DNA of 64,000 nucleotides from a virus: IMG/VR virus record IMGVR_UViG_3300045988_063132, positions 32,001 to 96,000 of that record; one strand, 5' to 3'. Shown piece by piece: positions 28,743 to 37,548 of this stretch (position 1 is its first letter; each line of letters starts with the position of its first letter). The notes under the pieces were generated by a model. It saw only the letters and a program-made list of their open reading frames with translations, ran no database searches and was not told where the DNA came from. The position numbers and the translations under genes were made by a program.

Positions 28743-29159
28743 ATGAAGACTACAAGAAGAAAAAGAAAAATCTCACAGAACAAAAAGATTAAAAACGCTA
28801 CACCTAATACATATGATGGAATAAAATTTAAGTCTCAATTAGAAACTTATGTTTATAAACAATTAAAGGCTCATAATCTTAAAGCAGAATATGAGCCTAT
28901 TAAGTTTGAATTAATTCCATCATTTGTATTTTGTGGAAAGAAAATTCGTGCTATGACGTATACTCCAGATTTTGTTGGAGATAATTTTATTATCGAAGCA
29001 AAGGGAAGACCTAATGATGTATGGCCGTATAAATGGAAATGGTTTATGTGGTCATTATTAAATCGAGGTTTGGCTGAGAAGTATAAGTTATTTGTAGTAC
29101 ATAATCATAAAGAAACAGATGAATGTATTAAACGAATACAAGAACTTAAAGATATATGA
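28743..29159 (+). CDS. PD-(D/E)xK nuclease, Hjc/VRR-NUC/T7 endonuclease I-like (138 aa); candidate Holliday-junction resolvase
   Basis: E...PD...ExK arrangement: EYEPIKFE, YTPDFVGDNFIIEAKG. A small 48-aa hydrophobic ORF (28647-28793) overlaps its start. Confidence 0.5.
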   Translation: MKTTRRKRKISQNKKIKNATPNTYDGIKFKSQLETYVYKQLKAHNLKAEYEPIKFELIPSFVFCGKKIRAMTYTPDFVGDNFIIEAKGRPNDVWPYKWKWFMWSLLNRGLAEKYKLFVVHNHKETDECIKRIQELKDI

Positions 29160-29842
29160 AAATAACTGCAATAAGTGATTTACACGGTAATCTGATTGAC
29201 ATAGAACCATGTGATACACTATTAATCTGTGGAGATATTTCACCATTAGAAATTCAAAGAGACTATATACAAATGACTAAATGGTTCTTTAATGAGTTTC
29301 AAAAGTGGATTATGAATCTACCTTGTGATAGAGTAATACTTACTCCAGGTAATCATGATTTTTGGTTTGAAAAAATGATTACTCAATCTCAGACATATTT
29401 ATTTGATAAATTAACTATTTTAATTAATGGAGAAGTAAATATTTATTCAGGTGTAGATGATAAATACTATAAAATATTTGGTACGCCGTATTGTAAAGAT
29501 TTTGGTTGCTGGGCATATATGCCTGGTAATGCTATATTACCAAGTGTTTATAGTACTATCCCAAAAGATGTAGATATATTGATGTGTCATGATTCTCCCC
29601 AAGTAGGATATGTAGCAAATATTATGGAACATAAAAGTGAGACATACCCCAATGGTATACCAGCAGGTAATATCTATTTATTTGATGAAATTGTAGAAAA
29701 GAAACCTAAGTATGTATTATCTGGACACATTCATTCCGGAGATCACACATTACAAGAGTACGCAGGTACAAAATATGCTAATGTAAGTATATTAGATGAA
29801 TCTTATTCGATTAATTATAAACCACTAACATTTGAACTATGA
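29156..29842 (+). CDS. calcineurin-like metallophosphoesterase, second copy (228 aa)
   Basis: Motifs ISDLHGN, LICGDISP, GNHD, GHIHSG. Confidence 0.75.
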   Translation: MKITAISDLHGNLIDIEPCDTLLICGDISPLEIQRDYIQMTKWFFNEFQKWIMNLPCDRVILTPGNHDFWFEKMITQSQTYLFDKLTILINGEVNIYSGVDDKYYKIFGTPYCKDFGCWAYMPGNAILPSVYSTIPKDVDILMCHDSPQVGYVANIMEHKSETYPNGIPAGNIYLFDEIVEKKPKYVLSGHIHSGDHTLQEYAGTKYANVSILDESYSINYKPLTFEL

Positions 29843-30012
29843 AAAAATTAAATAAATCTGAAATTATTGCTAAATTGTTTAAAACAGATGAAAATACAGC
29901 AGAATTTGTAGGTAAGTATGAAGATACTACTAACGAATATCTGGGAGAAGTAAATAATTCTACTGAAGAATTTGTTGGACAATTAGAAGATAATACAGAA
30001 GAAAACGTATAA
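29839..30012 (+). CDS. small acidic protein (57 aa)
   Basis: ATGA and TAATG overlaps with both neighbours; read manually. Confidence 0.35.
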   Translation: MKKLNKSEIIAKLFKTDENTAEFVGKYEDTTNEYLGEVNNSTEEFVGQLEDNTEENV

Positions 30013-31007
30013 TGGATATATCTATACCATATTATGAAGATCTCACTCGTATAAGTAATTCTAATATCGGATGGTTCTTAAAAAAAGGACCAAGATATCT
30101 TAAAGAAATGCTTGACGGAAAAGAAGGTCTAAAAGCTAGTTTTCTGGATAAAGGCACTATGATACATGAATATATTCTTCAACCAGAAGAATTCTGGAAA
30201 GATTATATTATATTGGATTTTGCAGTACCTAAAGTAAAGCAACAAAAAGATTTACTTGAATTCTATTCGAGTGCTAGATCAATCGATCCTTTTGCATCTG
30301 AAGATGATATATTACTTATGAGTTATGAAGCAGCTTATAATAATACTAAATCTAAAGAGAAAAAGATTCAAGAAGCAAAAGAATTAGTAGAAACTTACCA
30401 AAATTACATAGAATACTTTAGAAATAAAGATTCTAAAAAAGTAATATCATTTGCAGATCTTAATATGTTAAAAGCAATTAAGAAAAATATGGAAGATCAT
30501 AAGAAAGCAAATGAATTATTATTTAAATATCCAGAAACATTTGAAGTTCATAATGAATTTCATATTAATTGGGAGTATCCTAATGCTTCTTCATTAGGAG
30601 ATCTTCCATGTAAATCATTACTAGATAGAGTAATGATAGATCACACAAACAAAAAGATAATATTAGTGGATATAAAGACGACAGCCGATGTTTATAATTT
30701 TAAACATTCAATAGAGGAATTTGATTATTGTCGTCAACTAGCTTACTATTGGTTGGCTATCCATTGGTATTTTAAAAACGAACTAAAACTTAATATTGAA
30801 GCATATGAATACGAAACTTATATTGTTGCAGTACAATCTCATGATGGGTATGAAGTTAGAGTCTTTAAATTCAATCCTAAAACAATTGAGGAAAGACTTG
30901 TAACCATAGATTATGCTATAAAACGAATTGCTTGGCATAAAAACAATAATTTATGGGATCATATGAAAGAATACTATGATGAAGATGGTGCAGAACTGTT
31001 ACAATAA
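30012..31007 (+). CDS. RecB/Cas4-family PD-(D/E)xK nuclease, likely recombination exonuclease (331 aa)
   Basis: Motif II-like LLDRVMIDH and motif III-like KIILVDIKTTAD (compare RecB-family GRIDRID / VDYKTG). Confidence 0.5.
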   Translation: MDISIPYYEDLTRISNSNIGWFLKKGPRYLKEMLDGKEGLKASFLDKGTMIHEYILQPEEFWKDYIILDFAVPKVKQQKDLLEFYSSARSIDPFASEDDILLMSYEAAYNNTKSKEKKIQEAKELVETYQNYIEYFRNKDSKKVISFADLNMLKAIKKNMEDHKKANELLFKYPETFEVHNEFHINWEYPNASSLGDLPCKSLLDRVMIDHTNKKIILVDIKTTADVYNFKHSIEEFDYCRQLAYYWLAIHWYFKNELKLNIEAYEYETYIVAVQSHDGYEVRVFKFNPKTIEERLVTIDYAIKRIAWHKNNNLWDHMKEYYDEDGAELLQ

Positions 31008-31455
31008 CGTAGTAAAATATTTATTACCTTTGTATAGTTTTAATTATATTATCTCGAATGATGTAATTCAATTTGTAGGGGCGTATAGTTATTGCCCCTA
31101 CATTCCACTACTTGATAAATTATTTATACTATATAGAATTATAGATAAAGAGAAGTCAGAAAGACTTGATTTACCTAATACTTTTAAGAAAGAAATTGTT
31201 ACTATTAGTAATGAAACAATGCTAATAGTAGTTTTAAATAAACCTGATACATTTTATTATGATTGGGAATATTTGGTAAATGGCGAATTTGATAACATAA
31301 GTTACGAATGTCAGAAGAGAATATTAAGTTCTGATATAAACAAATATAACAAAAAACTAATTTATGAAACTTTTCACGGTTTCATGAATAGAACAATTCG
31401 TCAAAGTAGTATAAATAAAGAATGTATTGGATTCAATGAGATGTTGACTTGGTAG
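30976..31455 (+). CDS. hypothetical protein (159 aa), last gene of the plus-strand block
   Basis: ORF track. Confidence 0.45.
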   Translation: MMKMVQNCYNNVVKYLLPLYSFNYIISNDVIQFVGAYSYCPYIPLLDKLFILYRIIDKEKSERLDLPNTFKKEIVTISNETMLIVVLNKPDTFYYDWEYLVNGEFDNISYECQKRILSSDINKYNKKLIYETFHGFMNRTIRQSSINKECIGFNEMLTW

Positions 31456-31484
31456 TAATACTACAAAATATAACTATACACAAA

Positions 31485-31527
31485 AGAAAAGCCGTAGCAA
31501 ATTAATGTTACGGCTTTGTTTTTTGTA
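31485..31527. terminator. bidirectional rho-independent terminator at the convergence of the plus and minus blocks
   Basis: 9-bp stem AAAGCCGTA / TACGGCTTT (31488-31496 / 31509-31517) with T-run GTTTTTTG on the plus strand and an A-run upstream (a U-tract for the minus-strand transcript). Confidence 0.6.
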
Positions 31528-31551
31528 TTGTCCGGGCAATGAAGTATTTGA

Positions 31552-34500
31552 TTAAAGGATACTTAATAATTGTTTTTCATCTTCAATATTGCGCAAACGA
31601 TATATTTGTCTTACTAAGGGTATTAAATCCATAGCTCTTTTCTTTATCTTGAGTTCTCCTTTCCAATCACCTTTTTCAAATCTTGCAGTAGGTGTGAGTA
31701 ATGCTTTTATGAAATTAGAAACACTCTTTAATACACTACTAGATGGTAAAGGAGATTGTACAATTTTCATAAAGCTTGCAGGAGAAATATAGAAAGTCAT
31801 ATCTGTAGAAAGTCTGAAAATTTGATAGTCTAAATGATTAAATACTTGTGCCATAACAGAATCATCGTCATCAGGCTTATATTCTTTTAATAGCATTCCC
31901 ATTACTGTGAGTGCCATAAATAAGCATATCTCTGTAGTAAAACGCTTTACATTTGCTTTTTCGGCTTCAGTCATAGTGTCCCAATCAGCTTTTTCAGCAT
32001 ACTCTAGAGCTTTCGCTTCATCTACAAATCTTTCAAAAAATCCTCTGATTTTATTATAGTAATATGCTCCGCCGTCTCTATAATACCCTTTACTAAAGGT
32101 TTGACCATATTCATCATAATATTCTTTAGCCCATCTACGTTTACCAGTAGTCCAAATCCATTTACGGAACATGAGAACTAATTTACCAACACTATATTGC
32201 TGTAATGCTACTTTACTATAAGAAGCGTAGTTACCATGCATCTTTCTTAATATCGCAGTCACTTGTTGACCAAACGCTATTTGATCCTTTTTACTGAAAT
32301 TGGCTACTTTGTGTTCTTTATCAAAAACTAATTTGCCGTTTTCCACAGTAAAGTAATCAAAAATCGAACCTATATCTTCTCCTTTTTTATTCAGAGCTCT
32401 TTTTTCAATCAACGAGGCTAATAGGAATCTAGATTGAGCTTCATGTTCCCCAACATTTGTTGTGAAATACAATGTTGAAATTTTACCAAGTTTACTTAAT
32501 CTGTTATTTTCTAATAATGATCCTTCATTAAAGTCTGTAAACACACCAAAATGTTCATTCAACAAATTAGTTAGACTAGTAATCTTTCTAGAACCTATAT
32601 CACCAAGAATGTTTGGCATATCTGCAAGATATTCTCCAGTAGCTCTAGTATAAGAACTTGCAGATACATATTGATTAGCAAATGCTTCCATAGTTTGTTG
32701 AACTTCTGCCATGAGAGCGTTGTTAATCATACTTACGGTATTTAAACCCATGATTTTTAAAGAAGTATACTTTTCGAACATTTTCAATGTCTTGGCATTG
32801 TCTAAACCAAAAGTGGTACCTAAGTTCTTATTATTTATACCATATACTACTTGATCAAACCAAGCATTTAATTGTGCTATTAAGTTTTCGTCTGTAGTTA
32901 AAGCATTTGTAGTTGGATCAATATCATTAGTGCCATTATTCATTATTTTTGATAACACGTTTTTAATTGGATTTCCTTCAGAATCTGTTTTGATTGTCTT
33001 ACGATTCTCAATGACCCATTTTGTATATTCCAATTGAGGTAATATGTCATTAATATATTTATAATTATTGACAGATCTGAACCACTCTTTATATATAGTA
33101 GCTACATCTAAAGATTGTTCGCTTGATGGTAGAATATTAGTAAAGAAAATAGGTACAAACTTTATAGGTCTATCTAATTCATCTGTCATTTGCATACCTT
33201 TATCAGTATCATCTGCACGCAACGTAAAATCCTTTTTTACCGCTTCTATTAATTGACTAGTAACGCCTTCTGAAACAACCCTTTCTGCTAGTACTTTAGA
33301 CATACCTGGTAATCTACCATTTAACTTAAATCGGTCTGGAACAAAAGAATCTCCATGTTTACTTAAGTCGGATATAAAATCAAAGAATCTAACACGTATG
33401 TCTTGAGGATTGGTATTCCTAATCTTTTCTAAATCATTCCATTTTTTATTAGGGTATTTGGAAGATAAAGGTTTTCTGTGATTCCAATTTAATTCATTAA
33501 ATTTTTGTCTTAAATAATCTGCAACATCTTCGGTAATTTGTTTTCTATACACTAAATCAGCCCAACTGCGCTTTAAAGATTGATCTTTTTTCTCATTATT
33601 TATAAGATATTTATATTCTTTGGCTGTGATCTTACCAGAAGATAACAATTCGTCTATTACTCTGGTTTTTTCTCTTGCTAATTCTGCTTTACCTTCTATT
33701 GGTGCATTTTCATTTAACCATCCAGCTATTGCTACAGCTTTATCTTTATTTGTTTCATACTTAGGATTAGTGTTTATTTCTTTTTTTGCTCTTTCATATG
33801 CCACCATAAATTCTGGAGATAATTTTGAAATAACACGAATACCGTTTGCATCATTCTCAATCATGAAATCATATAATTTTGCAGGATTACTTTTAAATGC
33901 GGGATACGCATTCTCCAGCTCCTCAGTAAGAGATATTAAATCTCTATACATATTATTAAATTCCATATTTGATTCTGTCCAACGCGTATGATATGCTCTA
34001 GCCATAGCCCCCACTATTGGATCTGCACTTTCAAACACAGTATCTAGCATTCTACTCATCATTCCTAGAGGAGAAGTAGTTGCTATTTTACTCTGCTGTC
34101 TAAGCAGTTCCCGACTTCTTAAATCTATTTCATTTCTATGTTCTGATACATAATTTTCAATGTATTTATTCATAGCAACTTTATCATTTAGTCTATCGGT
34201 TCCTTTGTTTGCTTTTTTATAAGCTTTTTCCGCATCTAGTCTATAATCTGCTTCCACTCTAGAGGAGAAAGGAGCCAACCAATCTAACCATATTCTTTCG
34301 CCTTTAGATTTATAAGCGTTTTCTAATATGTTTTTGTAAGATACTACAGTAGCTAAAGATTCCTTGAATTCGCTCAATTCTTTTTTACTTAAGCCTGTTA
34401 AAGCGGTAGGATTCAAAAATAGATAGTTTTGAATATCTTCTAAATTAGAGAATGATTGTGCATAGTTTTTCCATGCTTCTAACTTACGTAAATTCCATAT

Positions 34501-37500
34501 GTTCTGGACACCTTTGCGCTCTAATTCTAAATTAGCATTATATTCATCAATTAAAGGCTTTAATAAATCCATAGATTTTTTGACATAAGCTACTAGTATT
34601 TCACTTTCTTCCATAGAATTAAGCTCATCAATAGTCTTCTTTATTACTTCGGATTTTGTAGTATAACCTTTCACTTTATAAATAGCTAATTGGTTTTTTA
34701 ATACCTTTAATATATTAGATACAATTTCTGACTGTCTTAATAGATTTTCAGAATTAATATCCGAAGTAATAGCATTGGCATCTGCTGTCAGAACTGTTTG
34801 ATTTATTTCTTGTTCTAAAGCATTATTGGTTCTATGATAAATGGAACCATCTGCTTGAGCATAATCTAAATCCGGTATCCACACTTCAGTAATTACCCCA
34901 TTTTCATCAATAGTGTATTCTAAAGGAATAATCTCTTTATGATCAATATTAATACCCAACAGTTCAAGCATTCTCTTATACAGAGTTAATTGATAGTCAT
35001 GTCTAGAAGCATCTGGTTTACCACCTTTTTTAGTTTCTTTCTTAGCACTAAAATAATAATCAAATCCATACTTTCCTTTGCCTTTAAACACTCTAGCTTT
35101 TGTCTTAAAGTCTTTTAAATGTATTTGACCATCACTATCTTTTACTAGTAAGTCCAACGTACCTGCAATTTTAGCAGCATCGTTTGAAATAATCTGTTCT
35201 GATGCGATAACCTTATCACCCTTTTTAACGATTTTTGGAATTACTACATTTTTAATCATCTTCTTGGCGGAATCTGCTAACTTTACTTCAGACGGTGCAG
35301 TTTTTTCTCCAGTAAGAGCGCTATGAATATAATCATGAATAGCTGTACCAACTTTAGCTGCATATTCTCCGTAAGCCAAGTCTTCATCTGACATTGATTC
35401 AATATCAGCACCATAACCGTTTAAATCTTTAATAACAGATACTGGAGTATATACGTCTCCTGTATCTACATTTGTATAGGTATGTGATTCAGATTCAAAA
35501 GCTATATGATTCTTTTGATTAGATAAAATTGATTTTATTTTTGCTTCATCACTAGTTTTTTGAACATTGTAATATTCAGGTAAGGAACGCATTGCCTCTT
35601 CATATGCTGCTTCATCAAAACCCTCGTGCTGATAATTGTCGATAAACATCACATGTTCAAGTTCTACCATAGTTTCATTATATAAATTATTATTTTTAGA
35701 TTTATATAATTTACTAAGGATACCCATTATCCAATCAAGTAAGTCTTTTATAAAACTTGAATTGTTTTTAACAGGTTTACTTGATTCAATCTGATATAAT
35801 TCCTTTATAAAACTTGAATTGGCAAACGCTTCTGCAAAGAATTCATCAATGTTTGTTAATCCATAAAATACATCTTTATACTCTAAACTAGTGCTAAGTT
35901 CTTTCCAACTTTTTCTATATTTCTTTTCAAATGCAGTTCTAGCGTAATCTAACAACTTCTGTGCAGATTTCCTAGAACTAGGGTTTAATTGCAGAGCGTG
36001 TACAGTAGCAGCGTGTACTAATTCGTGTAATATTGTACTATCCGCAAGTCCATCTTTGCCCTTAAATATAGAATCACCAAAGATTACAATTGTGTTGGTG
36101 TTTGGATTATAAGATGCTGCAACTTCTTTATTGTGATTGGGAAGATGCACAGGTTTGTATTCTAATTTAACATCTTTTAACACATCAGATGTAAGTTTGT
36201 TTAACGTATCTGTGAGATGTTTTAACTCAGGGTTGCTACGATTAATTCTATCCAATATAGTTCTAGCACTTACTGTAAATTTTTGTTTAAATAATCTTTC
36301 AAATAATGTACTATCAGATGTGCCATTTACTGTGGATAAATTGTGATAAATATTATTGTCCTGAGTAGAGAATGTACCTTGATTATCTATTGATTTAATT
36401 TGATTTGGTCTTGTTACTAAGTATTCATTACCTGTAGATCGTGCAAATTCTCCCGTATATTTATCATGACCAATTATTCCATCACTATTTCTTTTTCCTT
36501 CATATATATATATACTTTCTATATCTTTACTAACTAAATCTGTTTCAGTATAAATAGGATTTGTTATCTTTAAAAATACTGGCATTATAATATTACCAGA
36601 TTTTGCTTCTGCGACACTCTCAGCATAATTTTTATCTGAAGTAAAAAAGAATCCTGGATTAAATTCTCTATCGTCTTTATAATTAAAGTCAGAAATAGTA
36701 GAATTAGTTCCATGATATACTACTAAAGGTTCACCATTTTCATCTACTACTTTGGATATACCAAGATGTTCATTTAAATAATCCTCAAAATATTGATTTT
36801 CATTTAAATATTCTACAGGGATACCTGTAGTATTTGAAATTGTTTCATTTATTCCTTCTTTCCATAATTTAGATTCTTTTTCTTTTCCACCTCTTCCAAT
36901 ATTTCTTTTTATAAAGTCATCATCTTTTAAATTTATAATTCTATTAAAATCTTGTGGAAACATTTTAAGTAAATTATGTGGAGAAGCAAATAATATTTTA
37001 CCTTCTTTTTTGACTTTATTTTTTACTCTTTCCCATTCTGATTTAATAAATTCTACATAATCTGGATGTCTTTCTGGATAAATTAGATATTCGTTTCTAG
37101 CTTTTTTATATTCCGGAGTGCCTTTGACTGTATTTGAATGGTCTTCGATCCACTTATCTCTTTTTGTATTAAATTCTTCATCCCAGTCAATTAGTTTATC
37201 TTTATATTTACCAGATTCTAAAGAGTATGTTTTACCAATTGCAGGATGACCAAAAATAATATTACCAGGTTTTATAGTATTGGTCCAATCACCAAACCAG
37301 TCTCTAAAGCTATTAGAGTAAGTTCTAGCTTTAGCTTGAATAGCAGCTACCCTGTCACCATTATAATGCTCTAAAAGGTCTGAAAATAGCTTAGATGGCT
37401 CCCCATTGGGAGCCTTATCTATGCTATTACCATTGTTAAGCGACCATATATGATAAGCCGCTGCTTCACTAGTTGCATTTTTTAATTCTTCGAATTCTCT

Positions 37501-37542
37501 TGCAACTTCTTCGTTTTTTAAATTAGGACAAATTATACTCAT
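31552..37542 (-). CDS. giant polyvalent multidomain protein (1996 aa): P-loop NTPase/kinase-like, PARP/Tpt1-like ADP-ribosyltransferase motif, HExxH zincin metallopeptidase, possible PD-(D/E)xK segment
   Basis: Walker A FGHPAIGKTYS near the N-terminus. VVYHGTNSTISDF...PGFFFTSDKNYAESVAEA resembles the H-Y-E ART core (PARP LLWHGS...GYMFGKGIYFAD; Tpt1 HGT). HExxH in TILHELVHAATVHA. DLLVKDSDGQIHLKDFKTK resembles D..(D/E)xK. Confidence 0.75.
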   Translation of the reverse strand: MSIICPNLKNEEVAREFEELKNATSEAAAYHIWSLNNGNSIDKAPNGEPSKLFSDLLEHYNGDRVAAIQAKARTYSNSFRDWFGDWTNTIKPGNIIFGHPAIGKTYSLESGKYKDKLIDWDEEFNTKRDKWIEDHSNTVKGTPEYKKARNEYLIYPERHPDYVEFIKSEWERVKNKVKKEGKILFASPHNLLKMFPQDFNRIINLKDDDFIKRNIGRGGKEKESKLWKEGINETISNTTGIPVEYLNENQYFEDYLNEHLGISKVVDENGEPLVVYHGTNSTISDFNYKDDREFNPGFFFTSDKNYAESVAEAKSGNIIMPVFLKITNPIYTETDLVSKDIESIYIYEGKRNSDGIIGHDKYTGEFARSTGNEYLVTRPNQIKSIDNQGTFSTQDNNIYHNLSTVNGTSDSTLFERLFKQKFTVSARTILDRINRSNPELKHLTDTLNKLTSDVLKDVKLEYKPVHLPNHNKEVAASYNPNTNTIVIFGDSIFKGKDGLADSTILHELVHAATVHALQLNPSSRKSAQKLLDYARTAFEKKYRKSWKELSTSLEYKDVFYGLTNIDEFFAEAFANSSFIKELYQIESSKPVKNNSSFIKDLLDWIMGILSKLYKSKNNNLYNETMVELEHVMFIDNYQHEGFDEAAYEEAMRSLPEYYNVQKTSDEAKIKSILSNQKNHIAFESESHTYTNVDTGDVYTPVSVIKDLNGYGADIESMSDEDLAYGEYAAKVGTAIHDYIHSALTGEKTAPSEVKLADSAKKMIKNVVIPKIVKKGDKVIASEQIISNDAAKIAGTLDLLVKDSDGQIHLKDFKTKARVFKGKGKYGFDYYFSAKKETKKGGKPDASRHDYQLTLYKRMLELLGINIDHKEIIPLEYTIDENGVITEVWIPDLDYAQADGSIYHRTNNALEQEINQTVLTADANAITSDINSENLLRQSEIVSNILKVLKNQLAIYKVKGYTTKSEVIKKTIDELNSMEESEILVAYVKKSMDLLKPLIDEYNANLELERKGVQNIWNLRKLEAWKNYAQSFSNLEDIQNYLFLNPTALTGLSKKELSEFKESLATVVSYKNILENAYKSKGERIWLDWLAPFSSRVEADYRLDAEKAYKKANKGTDRLNDKVAMNKYIENYVSEHRNEIDLRSRELLRQQSKIATTSPLGMMSRMLDTVFESADPIVGAMARAYHTRWTESNMEFNNMYRDLISLTEELENAYPAFKSNPAKLYDFMIENDANGIRVISKLSPEFMVAYERAKKEINTNPKYETNKDKAVAIAGWLNENAPIEGKAELAREKTRVIDELLSSGKITAKEYKYLINNEKKDQSLKRSWADLVYRKQITEDVADYLRQKFNELNWNHRKPLSSKYPNKKWNDLEKIRNTNPQDIRVRFFDFISDLSKHGDSFVPDRFKLNGRLPGMSKVLAERVVSEGVTSQLIEAVKKDFTLRADDTDKGMQMTDELDRPIKFVPIFFTNILPSSEQSLDVATIYKEWFRSVNNYKYINDILPQLEYTKWVIENRKTIKTDSEGNPIKNVLSKIMNNGTNDIDPTTNALTTDENLIAQLNAWFDQVVYGINNKNLGTTFGLDNAKTLKMFEKYTSLKIMGLNTVSMINNALMAEVQQTMEAFANQYVSASSYTRATGEYLADMPNILGDIGSRKITSLTNLLNEHFGVFTDFNEGSLLENNRLSKLGKISTLYFTTNVGEHEAQSRFLLASLIEKRALNKKGEDIGSIFDYFTVENGKLVFDKEHKVANFSKKDQIAFGQQVTAILRKMHGNYASYSKVALQQYSVGKLVLMFRKWIWTTGKRRWAKEYYDEYGQTFSKGYYRDGGAYYYNKIRGFFERFVDEAKALEYAEKADWDTMTEAEKANVKRFTTEICLFMALTVMGMLLKEYKPDDDDSVMAQVFNHLDYQIFRLSTDMTFYISPASFMKIVQSPLPSSSVLKSVSNFIKALLTPTARFEKGDWKGELKIKKRAMDLIPLVRQIYRLRNIEDEKQLLSIL

Positions 37543-37548
37543 ATATGA

